DNA of 64,000 nt from Capsulimonadaceae bacterium (lineage in GTDB: Bacteria > Armatimonadota > Armatimonadia > Armatimonadales > Capsulimonadaceae): contig OZ244065.1 in the NCBI GenBank assembly GCA_965215505.1, forward strand, positions 5,056,001 through 5,120,000, given 5' to 3'. A program made the position numbers and the translations under genes. Under the pieces are notes generated by a model. It saw only the letters and a program-made list of their open reading frames with translations, had not been told where the DNA came from and did not search any database. Positions 46,763-54,519 of the stretch are shown piece after piece (position 1 is the first letter of the stretch; each line of letters starts with the position of its first letter).

Positions 46763-47151
46763 TCGGACTCCTCCGATCCCGTCTCGGCGTCGATCAGCTC
46801 GCGGAGGCGGCGCATCTCGTCGTCCGAAACGTGCTCGTGCCGGAGCAGGTGCGAAACCAGGCCGTAGACCGAGCCGCCGAAGACGCGGGTGAGCAGGTCG
46901 CGGGCGGCCGTCTCGCTGACCTCCGACTGCCGGGACAGGGGGCGGAAGACGAAGACGCGGTCGCGGCTCTCGTGGGACACCGCCCCCTTGTCTTCCAGTT
47001 TGCGGAGCAATGTCTGCGTCGTGCTGTGCGCGACGGGCGCAGTGAGGTTGAGCGCGTCGGTGATCTCGCGGGCCGTCGCCTCCCCGCGTTCCCACAGGAC
47101 TTGCATGATCTGGAGCTGGACCTTGCCCATGCGGGGCGGCGGTTTCGCCAT
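46759..47151 (-). CDS. BlaI/MecI/CopY family repressor
   Basis: QIMQVLWERGEATAREI, STTQTLLRKLEDKG, R.FVFRP, VFGGS..LV. Confidence 0.94.
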   Translation of the reverse strand: MAKPPPRMGKVQLQIMQVLWERGEATAREITDALNLTAPVAHSTTQTLLRKLEDKGAVSHESRDRVFVFRPLSRQSEVSETAARDLLTRVFGGSVYGLVSHLLRHEHVSDDEMRRLRELIDAETGSEESE

Positions 47152-47163
47152 GTGCGGCCTCCG

Positions 47164-47216
47164 TTTACCTTGGTAGATGATATGGTAAGTTTACCACGGT
47201 AAACGGGCGATGTCAA
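47164..47216 (-). promoter_or_regulatory. blaI promoter with two operator dyads
   Basis: Minus-strand TTGACA(47216-47211)-17 bp-TAAACT(47193-47188); dyads GTTTACC-AC-GGTAAAC (47189-47204) and TTTACC-TT-GGTAGA (47164-47177). Confidence 0.8.
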
Positions 47217-47312
47217 GGGACGAAAAATTATTTTCGGCGTCTTTAGCAATTTGCCGCTGGGAAGCGATATAATAGCGTAAGACCAAATCTACCGAAGGGG
47301 GGCGCGACCGAA

Positions 47313-47378
47313 ATGTTTCTGACTTACTTTCCTCTAACCGCATACCGGCTGCCTCGCTTCGGCACGTCCCCCGCCTGA
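47313..47378 (+). CDS. putative leader peptide (uORF) MFLTYFPLTAYRLPRFGTSPA
   Basis: TATAAT at 47268-47273, G-rich RBS GAAGGGGGG, 21 codons, followed by a terminator. Confidence 0.55.
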   Translation: MFLTYFPLTAYRLPRFGTSPA

Positions 47379-47428
47379 CTCCCCTGACAACCCAGGTCCC
47401 TCCGGCCTTCTTTCGACGCACCCAAGCC

Positions 47429-47458
47429 GCAGCCGTTATGCTGACGGCTTTTTTGTTT
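47429..47458 (+). terminator. attenuator terminator in the 5' leader of the sigma factor gene
   Basis: AGCCGTTA-TGC-TGACGGCT followed by TTTTTGTTT; the 5' arm region GCAGCCG is complementary to CGGCTGC (47346-47352) inside the uORF. Confidence 0.65.
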
Positions 47459-47496
47459 GGGTGTGATCTTTCGGAAGTGATCTGAGGAGAAGGACA

Positions 47497-48012
47497 TTGA
47501 AGAGTGCTTTTGCGCGCGCACAGCGCGGCGAGCCGGCCGCAGTCGCCGCCATCGTCGAGCAGCTGCGCCCGCGCCTGACCCGGATGGCGGGCTACTACGC
47601 GCGGTGCGCGTCGGAGAACGCCGACGACCTGTTGCAGGAGGCGTGGCTGGGGATGCTGGACGCCCTCCGGGAACTGGACATCGAGATCGGCAGCCCGGAG
47701 CAGTATCTGATCCAGCGCGCCCGGTGGCGGCTGCTGGACGCGATCAAGCGGGGCCGCGTCCGCCGCTGCCTGCCGCTGGAGGATGTCGTGCAGGAGACTC
47801 TGGCCGATCCCGACTGGGACCAGGCGCAGGGGCGGGCGGCGGTGGCGGACTTCGCGCGGCACCTGAAGGCGACTCAGTTTGCCGTGCTGGAGTGCCTGCT
47901 GAACGGCCTGACCTGGCGCGAGGCGGGGGACCGTCTGGGCTGCTCGTCGGCCAACATCGCCTACCATGTGCGCCAGATTCAGCGGCAGTATGTGAAGTGG
48001 GAGGGGGACTAA
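47497..48012 (+). CDS. small sigma-70 family sigma factor (ECF/SigH-like)
   Basis: AQRGEPAA, ADDLLQEAWLG, RWRLLD (region 2); GLTWREAGDRLGCS (region 4 HTH); TTG start after GAGGAG. Confidence 0.88.
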   Translation: MKSAFARAQRGEPAAVAAIVEQLRPRLTRMAGYYARCASENADDLLQEAWLGMLDALRELDIEIGSPEQYLIQRARWRLLDAIKRGRVRRCLPLEDVVQETLADPDWDQAQGRAAVADFARHLKATQFAVLECLLNGLTWREAGDRLGCSSANIAYHVRQIQRQYVKWEGD

Positions 48013-48031
48013 GAGCGGCGGGATTGTATGG

Positions 48032-48056
48032 GTAGGGGCGCGATTCATCGCGTCCT
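48032..48056 (+). repeat. single GTAG-type REP (related to family D)
   Basis: GTAGGGGCGCGATTCATCGCGTCCT: GTAG foot plus hairpin. Confidence 0.6.
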
Positions 48057-48140
48057 CTCATCGTGCCTTTCTTTAGCACCCGCCCCCATTCAGGCGATAC
48101 GAAGGGTGAAGGCGCATCCAAAAATCCGGCGCTTTCCGCA

Positions 48141-48281
48141 AAGGAGGGTTAAGACCATGAAGAGCTTGAACCCTGCCCCCGGAGCCAGCCTCCGGTGAGG
48201 GCGGAGTAGTTCGCCCCGAATACGGGCAGGAAACGCTCACGAAAGCCCCCGCCGCTCCCTCACGGGACGGCGGGGGCTTTT
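48141..48281 (+). ncRNA. candidate structured RNA / short-ORF transcript ending in an intrinsic terminator
   Basis: Nested helices GAGC/GCTC, CCTGCCC/GGGCAGG, CCGGAG/CTCCGG, GGGCGGA/TTCGCCC, then terminator AAAGCCCCCGCCG...CGGCGGGGGCTTTT; family not recognised. Confidence 0.35.
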
Positions 48282-49039
48282 GCCGTCTTGTCAGCCTTGT
48301 CCTTCGGCTGCGGCAGGGCGGGGATCGGCGTAGTCACAGGCTCTTTGGGCAGGCAGGTGGTCAGGGCATGGAACCGCTCGCGCAGGACGTGGGCCAGCAT
48401 CCGCAAGGCCCACTCCTCACTGCGGCGGTGGCCGACGATGATGAGGCCAAGTCCTGTGTCGAGAATAGCCTCACGGGCGGGCTGGCGCATCTGGCCGGTG
48501 ATGTAGACCTCGGCCCCGCGCTCGGACGCCTCGTGCATCAGCTCGGCCGTCATCGCGCCGACGACGGCCACCTTTGTTACCTCGTTGCGCTCGCAGGTCC
48601 GGGCGTCCTCCCGGCCCCCGAACACGTCAAAAGCCGACTTGTAGAACGCCCCCACCGTCTGCGGCGGCACATCCCCGAGCATCCCCAGCGGCCGGCCCTT
48701 GCGCCTGCCCAGCGGCTGAAGGTTGGACATACCCAGGGCGTCGGCGAGGCGCGGGTTGTAGCCGAGGGCCAGGCGCTCGTCGAACGGCAGGTGGGAGGCG
48801 AAGACGCCGACCCCTTGGGGCAGGTCTTCCATTTCCATCTTGAAGGGCCGGTGTATGAACAGCGCGTCGAGCTTCTCCCGCTTCACCCAGTCGGTCAGCC
48901 CCGGCCACGGTTCCAGGACCATCCCCAGCCGATTGACGGCCCTCCCGAACGGGCGCAGGACGATCGGCGGCTCATCGGCGTATTTATGGGTTTCCAGATA
49001 TTGGTCGAGGAAGTTGGCAAGGTTGTTCGGTGAGATCAT
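48260..49039 (-). CDS. Nif3-like dinuclear metal center protein
   Basis: ALFIHRP, SHLPFD..L..GYN..LA..LG, VAVVG, YITGQ, VGHRRSE. Confidence 0.85.
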   Translation of the reverse strand: MISPNNLANFLDQYLETHKYADEPPIVLRPFGRAVNRLGMVLEPWPGLTDWVKREKLDALFIHRPFKMEMEDLPQGVGVFASHLPFDERLALGYNPRLADALGMSNLQPLGRRKGRPLGMLGDVPPQTVGAFYKSAFDVFGGREDARTCERNEVTKVAVVGAMTAELMHEASERGAEVYITGQMRQPAREAILDTGLGLIIVGHRRSEEWALRMLAHVLRERFHALTTCLPKEPVTTPIPALPQPKDKADKTAKAPAVP

Positions 49040-49083
49040 ACCGCTTATATACCACAATCGGGCGCTTTTGCACGCCCCGCCGC

Positions 49084-49113
49084 TTGACTTGTGTCTGCTA
49101 AATGTGCTATAAT
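49084..49113 (+). promoter_or_regulatory. sigma70 promoter of the topoisomerase B gene
   Basis: TTGACT-18 bp-TATAAT with extended TG. Confidence 0.7.
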
Positions 49114-49210
49114 TTGGATAGATTTTCAGCAAATAACTACTACTTGTTGATAACAGTCTCAATCATGGAGACGACTTAACTGATGACAGCACTGGTGTAG
49201 GAGAACCGAA

Positions 49211-51370
49211 TTGGCAAAGGGAAAGATTACGGCAAAAGGGGTGTCCCTGCTGGATAAAGAGACCGAGAGTTCCGAGCCGGTCGCCCTCGATGGGCTGGGC
49301 GTCAACGGCACGAACGGGCACGTCAACGGGCAGGACGGGTCTGCGGCGCTGCTGGACACGACCGGGCGGCAGGTGGTGACGGAGATACTGAGCGAAGGCG
49401 TGGAAGACTCCGAGGCGATGGGCCACGTCACCGAGGAATACACGGCGGACACCATCCGCCTGCTGGAAGGGGTGGAACACGTCCGCACCCGCCCGGCCAT
49501 GTACATCGGCGACACCGGCTCGGCGGGCCTGCACCACCTCCTGTTCGAGATCGTGGACAACTCCATTGACGAGGTGCTGGCCGGGTACGCCTCGGAGATC
49601 TGGGTGACGCTCAACGCCGACAAGACGGTTTCGGTCCGCGACAATGGGCGCGGCATCCCCCCCGATATCAACAAGGCGACCGGCCTGTCCGGGGTCGAGC
49701 TTGCCATGACCAAGCTGAACGCCGGCGGCAAGTTCGGCGGCGGCGGCTACAAGGTGTCGGGCGGCCTGCACGGCGTCGGCCTGTCCTGCGTCAATTTCCT
49801 GTCCGAATGGTGTGAGGCCGTCGTCGAGCAGCGCGGCAAGAAGTACAAGCTGCGCTGCGTCAAGGGCATCCCCAAGCCGAAGGGCCTCAAGGAGATCGGG
49901 ACATCGGACGGGCACGGGACGACCCTCACCTGGCTTGCCGACACGGAGATCTTCGGCGAGTACACCTACAAGCCCGAGGTCTTCGAGTCGCGCATCCGCA
50001 ACACCTGCTACCTGAACCGCGAGGTGACGATTCACTTCCACGACCTGCTGACCGGGTCGGAGCCGGTGACGTATCACTACGAGCGCGGGATCGCCGAGCA
50101 GGTGGAACACCTGAACGAGAACAAGACGGCCCTGTGCCCGACGATCTACTTCCTGAAGAAGCGCGAGGACGTGCAGGTCGAGATCGCCTTGCAGTACAAC
50201 GACACCTACACCGAGTCGGTGCTGTCGTTCGCCAACAACGTCCACACCAAAGAAGGCGGGACGCACCTGTCGGGCTTCCGCACCGCCCTGACTCGCGTCA
50301 TCAACCAGTACGCCCGCAAGTCGGGTGCCCTGAAGGACAAGGACACGAACCTGAGCGGTGACGACGTCCGCGAGGGCCTGACCGCCGTGCTGTCGGTGCG
50401 GCTGTTCAAGCCGCAGTTCGAGGGCCAGACGAAGGCCAAGCTCGGCAACTCCGAGGTCGAGGGCATCGTCAACTCGATCATGGGCGAGGGCCTGACTCAG
50501 TATTTGGAAGAAAACCCCGCCGTCGGCAAGCGCATCATAGATAAGGCGCTCACCGCCCAGCGCGCCCGCGATGCCGCCCGCAAGGCCGCCGACCTGATCA
50601 AGCGCCAGTCCAGCCTGGAGAACTCCAACCTCCCCGGCAAGCTGGCCGACTGCACCGAGCGCGACCCCAAGAAGTGCGAGCTTTTTCTGGTCGAGGGCGA
50701 CAGTGCAGGTGGAAGTGCCAAACAGGGCCGGGACCGGCGCTATCAGGCAATCCTGCCGCTCCGGGGCAAGATCATCAACACCAGCAAGGCCGCGCTGGAC
50801 AAGACCTTGGAAAACAACGAGGTCCGCAGCCTGATCACCGCCCTGGGAATCGGCATCAAGGTGGACAGTGACGGGGACGACGAGGGCGAGGCGACTTCCA
50901 AGTTCGACATGTCCCGCCTGCGCTACGACCGCATCATCATCATGACCGATGCGGACGTGGACGGCGACCACATCCGGACGCTGCTGCTGACGTTCTTCTT
51001 CAGCTACATGCAGCCGCTGATCGAGCAGGGACACGTCTACATCGCCCAGCCGCCGCTCTACTCGATCAAGTCCGGCAAGGACACCCGCCTTTATGCCCGG
51101 TCGGCGGAGGAGCGGGACCGGATGGTCAAGGAGCTGAAGCGCAAGGACGTCCAGGTGGGCCGCTTCAAAGGCCTGGGCGAAATGAACGCGCAGGAGCTGT
51201 TCGAGACGACGCTGAACATCGAGACGCGGACACTGGCCCGCGTCACCCTGGAGGATGCCGAGGCCGCCGCCGAGATGTTCTCGATCCTGATGAGCGAGAA
51301 AGTCGAGCCGCGCAAGCAGTTCATCATCAAGTACGCCCGCGAGGTGTCAAACGTGGACTGGCACTGCTGA
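49211..51370 (+). CDS. gyrB: type IIA DNA topoisomerase subunit B (GyrB/ParE family), no adjacent A subunit
   Basis: RPAMYIG, EIVDNSIDE, DNGRGIP, SGGLHGVG, FEGQTKAKL, EGDSAGGS, PLRGK, MTDADVDGDHI, RFKGLGEMN. Confidence 0.9.
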   Translation: MAKGKITAKGVSLLDKETESSEPVALDGLGVNGTNGHVNGQDGSAALLDTTGRQVVTEILSEGVEDSEAMGHVTEEYTADTIRLLEGVEHVRTRPAMYIGDTGSAGLHHLLFEIVDNSIDEVLAGYASEIWVTLNADKTVSVRDNGRGIPPDINKATGLSGVELAMTKLNAGGKFGGGGYKVSGGLHGVGLSCVNFLSEWCEAVVEQRGKKYKLRCVKGIPKPKGLKEIGTSDGHGTTLTWLADTEIFGEYTYKPEVFESRIRNTCYLNREVTIHFHDLLTGSEPVTYHYERGIAEQVEHLNENKTALCPTIYFLKKREDVQVEIALQYNDTYTESVLSFANNVHTKEGGTHLSGFRTALTRVINQYARKSGALKDKDTNLSGDDVREGLTAVLSVRLFKPQFEGQTKAKLGNSEVEGIVNSIMGEGLTQYLEENPAVGKRIIDKALTAQRARDAARKAADLIKRQSSLENSNLPGKLADCTERDPKKCELFLVEGDSAGGSAKQGRDRRYQAILPLRGKIINTSKAALDKTLENNEVRSLITALGIGIKVDSDGDDEGEATSKFDMSRLRYDRIIIMTDADVDGDHIRTLLLTFFFSYMQPLIEQGHVYIAQPPLYSIKSGKDTRLYARSAEERDRMVKELKRKDVQVGRFKGLGEMNAQELFETTLNIETRTLARVTLEDAEAAAEMFSILMSEKVEPRKQFIIKYAREVSNVDWHC

Positions 51371-52356
51371 TGCGCGCGTCTTCCTTCATCCGAAACCGTC
51401 ATGCCCCCCCAACACTGGGGGGGCTTTTCCTCTGCCTCATGCCCCTCTGCCTGCTGCCGGGCTGCTCCCCGCACACCTCGGCAGCCCACGCCGCTCCGCC
51501 CGCCGCCGCGCTGCCGGGCGCGGACACCCTCGCCCCCGGCGTCGTTCACCGCGCCATTCCTCTGACCGCCGACACCGGCATAGACATCATTGACCTGGAC
51601 CTGGACCGCGCCCAGACGCGGTGGGGCATCGAGACGCGCGGCGTTCAACTGGTCAATGGCCGTGTCGTCGGGCAGTCCTTCACCCCGCGCGACTGGCTGA
51701 CCCGCCGTGGCGGGCTGGCCGCCGTCAACGGCGGCTACTTCGGGGCGGAGGACGCCCAGGGGCGGAAAGAGTTCGTCGGCCTGCTGGTGGAAAAGGGGCG
51801 CGTCCGCCACGCCGCGCCGCCGCTGCATGGGGCGGGCAGCCCGACCATCCGCCGGGGCCAGTACGTCCGCAGCGCCTTCGGCCTGATGGCGGACGGCACG
51901 CCCGATATCGTCTGGGCCGCGACGGACACGGGGAAGCCGCAGTCACTCCACACGTTCGCCGCCCCGATGGGGCGGCGCGGGGCTGAGTGGCGCGTCGCAC
52001 AAGCCGTCGGCTGCGGTCCGACCTTGATCTCCGGCGGCACGGTCGTCGTCACGCAGTACCAGGAGCGGCTGGTCAGCCCTGGCCCTCGGGCGCGCACTTT
52101 CGTGGCTTACGACACTGTAGAGGGAAGGCCGAGGCACCTGCTCGTCGGCACGGCCTCCGGGGCAGACTTCCCTGCCCTCGCCGTCTTCCTCGCCGCCTAC
52201 TTCCCGCGCTACGATGGGACGCGGGCCGAGGCCGCCATGTGCCTGGACGGCGGCGCGTCCACGCAGATGACCTACCGGATCAACGGCGCGCTCCAATCCC
52301 CCCGCGAAACCGGCGTCACCGTCCCCGACGCGCTCGTGCTGCGCCCCTCGCCGTGA
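51370..52356 (+). CDS. phosphodiester glycosidase (NAGPA/DUF2233) family protein, probable lipoprotein
   Basis: LPGC lipobox-like, AAVNGGYF, AVGCGPTLI, ARTFVA, AMCLDGGASTQM. Confidence 0.85.
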   Translation: MRASSFIRNRHAPPTLGGLFLCLMPLCLLPGCSPHTSAAHAAPPAAALPGADTLAPGVVHRAIPLTADTGIDIIDLDLDRAQTRWGIETRGVQLVNGRVVGQSFTPRDWLTRRGGLAAVNGGYFGAEDAQGRKEFVGLLVEKGRVRHAAPPLHGAGSPTIRRGQYVRSAFGLMADGTPDIVWAATDTGKPQSLHTFAAPMGRRGAEWRVAQAVGCGPTLISGGTVVVTQYQERLVSPGPRARTFVAYDTVEGRPRHLLVGTASGADFPALAVFLAAYFPRYDGTRAEAAMCLDGGASTQMTYRINGALQSPRETGVTVPDALVLRPSP

Positions 52357-52419
52357 CACGACTTGTCAAAGGCCGCCCGTCCGTGGTACAATTCGTGCTT
52401 GCAGGGAGGAATCTGAAAC

Positions 52420-52731
52420 ATGCGCCGGTACAAGACGATCGTGACCGACTACGAGGGGATGCAGGGCGTCCTGGATACCCACGCCGAGCAGGGCTGGCTC
52501 CTGTTCTCGGTGACGCCGGACACCTGGCGCCGTACCGTATCGGAGGCCACCGGCATGGCCCCCTCGCCGTTCGACGAGCTGGACATCGAGAGCCATGCCA
52601 TGCGCGAGTATTCGGCCTCGTACTATCTGCTCGTCTTCCAGAGCGAGGAGAGTTTGGGGGACCGGGAGAGCTACGCCGCTGCCCAGGAACCTCTGCCGTT
52701 GAGCGCGTCCATGCCGGGCTTTGTGGAGTGA
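52420..52731 (+). CDS. hypothetical protein (DUF4177-like)
   Basis: GGAGG RBS; YKTI...LDTHAEQGWLLFSV...YLLVF pattern. Confidence 0.65.
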   Translation: MRRYKTIVTDYEGMQGVLDTHAEQGWLLFSVTPDTWRRTVSEATGMAPSPFDELDIESHAMREYSASYYLLVFQSEESLGDRESYAAAQEPLPLSASMPGFVE

Positions 52732-52905
52732 CCTAACCCCGCGACAAGTCGCGATCCTTCCCTGGTAGGGTGAAGAAGTAGATAAGCCGATGCGCCGGTA
52801 AAGCCCCGCCTCTGAACAAGAGGCGGGGGCTTCGTGCTGAATCCTGGTGTCTGATTCTTGCCCTCCCCTACTAGGGAAGGGTCGTGACTTGTCGCGGGGT
52901 TAGGT
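52731..52905. repeat. REPIN-like element, family E (intergenic copy)
   Basis: ACCTAACCCCGCGACAAGTCGCGATCCTTCCCTGGTAGGG / CCCTACTAGGGAAGGGTCGTGACTTGTCGCGGGGTTAGGT, with central hairpin AAGCCCCGCCTCT-GAACA-AGAGGCGGGGGCTT. Confidence 0.88.
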
Positions 52906-53880
52906 CCGAGGCAGGTCCACCCCGCAGTTCGGGCAGAAGACGAAGGCGCGATAGGGGATGGCGGTCTTGCAGTTCGGGCAGGTCCGCGCGTCGTCCGGGG
53001 GCGTATCCTGGAAGGCCTCCATGGTCGGCGTGGGTGCCTCCGAGGACTTCGGGTAGTTGCCCTTCAGGATGGCCGCGTACTCCTCGCCTTTCGCCCAGCC
53101 GTCGATGTCCAGGGCGCGCACGGCGGGGAAGGGGTGTGTCGTGTGCAAAGTCTGGCCCATCTTGAAGAACGAGTTCAGGGCGTCCTTCCCCATCTCCTCG
53201 TAGTCCCGGCCCTGCTGCAAGAAGGCGTCCTTGTCCATCTGCGCGTACAGCTTACGCGAGCCGCCGGCCAGCTTCATCTCCGTGTTCAAGACCGTCGTGA
53301 TGTCCTGCGAAACCAGCAGGCTGGCCCGGTCCGCCGTCAGCTCGCTCTGCCGATACCAGTGGAAGAAGGCGTAGAACAGCCCCGCCCCCAGCCCCTGCGC
53401 CAGCCCGAAGGTCCGCCCGCCCAGCCGCAGGAGCAGGTTCGCCAGGAATTCGGCGATCTGCCGGTACAGGACGTGGCCCGCCTTGATGTGCCCCAGCTCG
53501 TGCCCCAGCACGACCCGCCACTCGTCCTCGTCCAGCAGGTCAATCAGGCCGGAATACAGCACGATGATCGGCGACTCGACGCAGAACGTGAAGGCGTTCG
53601 CGAGGGGCCGCTGGTCAATGAAGAGCTGCGGGACCGGCATGTCCAGGATGGCGCAGGACTCGACCAGGAGGGCGTGCAGGTCGCGGCACTGGCTGCGGTC
53701 CACCCGGACGGTGTCCGAGAGGCAGTACAGCCGGCCCGTGCGGTCGCCGCCGTACTCGTTGAACTTGCGGAAGACCCAGTCGAGGCCGGGCGCTTTCCGC
53801 AGTGCGGCGAGGGTGGCGCGGTCGGTTGGGTGCTCGAAGGCCGTGGAAGACAGGCCGGGGAATCGCTGACGGTCCGACAT
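52900..53880 (-). CDS. M48 family zinc metalloprotease with C-terminal zinc ribbon
   Basis: FEHPTD, NAFT, GHELGHIK, ELTADRA, THPFP..R, CPNC...CPNC. Confidence 0.9.
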   Translation of the reverse strand: MSDRQRFPGLSSTAFEHPTDRATLAALRKAPGLDWVFRKFNEYGGDRTGRLYCLSDTVRVDRSQCRDLHALLVESCAILDMPVPQLFIDQRPLANAFTFCVESPIIVLYSGLIDLLDEDEWRVVLGHELGHIKAGHVLYRQIAEFLANLLLRLGGRTFGLAQGLGAGLFYAFFHWYRQSELTADRASLLVSQDITTVLNTEMKLAGGSRKLYAQMDKDAFLQQGRDYEEMGKDALNSFFKMGQTLHTTHPFPAVRALDIDGWAKGEEYAAILKGNYPKSSEAPTPTMEAFQDTPPDDARTCPNCKTAIPYRAFVFCPNCGVDLPRT

Positions 53881-53921
53881 GGGATAGCTCCTTTACTTGC
53901 GACGACAGCAGATGTAGTATT

Positions 53922-54281
53922 TCAAGGCAATGGCCGCTGGCGGACCTGATTATTGTCGAGGATGGTGAAATTACCCTCCAGAAAAATCAAGACATCCGAG
54001 AGAACAATCAACAGACGCCTCGCCGCCTCTTCAGGGCTGGTAGTATCGAAGCGCATGTACACAACGCCCACAGGGGCCGGTAGTCTCTGCCGAAATATCA
54101 ACTCGCCGTAGTCGCGGTCGAAGGTCAGAATGATGCGCTGTTTATGGACCGCCCGTGTCAAAACTGCTGTATCTTCTACACCTGGCGAATCTTCAATGAT
54201 GGCGGCGACCTCGTATCCTGCGGCGCGGAGGAGGCTGATGCTGGGAACCGGGAAATTCTCGTTGGCGAGGAACTTGCTCAA
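53922..54281 (-). CDS. DUF5615 PIN-like toxin (VapC45-type)
   Basis: KFLANENFP, D..VL..A..QRIILTFDRDYGELIF, GVVY.R. Confidence 0.88.
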   Translation of the reverse strand: MSKFLANENFPVPSISLLRAAGYEVAAIIEDSPGVEDTAVLTRAVHKQRIILTFDRDYGELIFRQRLPAPVGVVYMRFDTTSPEEAARRLLIVLSDVLIFLEGNFTILDNNQVRQRPLP

Positions 54282-54514
54282 GGAGAACCCGCAAGCGTGT
54301 AGAATGTTCCTTCTTGAACACTTTCGGCGGCGAAGGCGTGAACTGCCCGCAGCGCTTCCGGCGTGAGTGTAGGATAGCTTTCGAGAATCTGTGCTTCTGT
54401 CCAGCCAGCGGCGTAAAGGCCGAGCAAGAACTCGACCGCGAGGCGTGTCCCGCGCACGACGGGTTTGCCGACCAGTATTTTTGGATCTACATGTATGTAC
54501 GGCTGCCAGTCCAT
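54278..54514 (-). CDS. DUF433 antitoxin (VapB45-type)
   Basis: DPKILVGKPVVRGTRLAVEFLL...GW...ILESYPTLT.E. Confidence 0.92.
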   Translation of the reverse strand: MDWQPYIHVDPKILVGKPVVRGTRLAVEFLLGLYAAGWTEAQILESYPTLTPEALRAVHAFAAESVQEGTFYTLAGSP

Positions 54515-54519
54515 AAAGG

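Noticed and set aside
43943-47151. Beta-lactam resistance locus
   Set aside because: No beta-lactamase or penicillin-binding sensor domain; only the regulatory scaffold is BlaI/BlaR-like.
48157-48240. TGA followed by a hairpin as selenocysteine recoding; also hammerhead or fluoride riboswitch
   Set aside because: The read-through product looks like no protein and runs antisense into nif3; the CUGANGA/GAAA and GGCGAUG cores are not matched.
49163-51034. Long antisense or alternate-frame ORFs (e.g. 49163-51034, 40642-42498, 17035-18996, 56692-58455)
   Set aside because: Shadow ORFs expected in high-GC DNA opposite or overlapping well-supported genes; no independent motifs.
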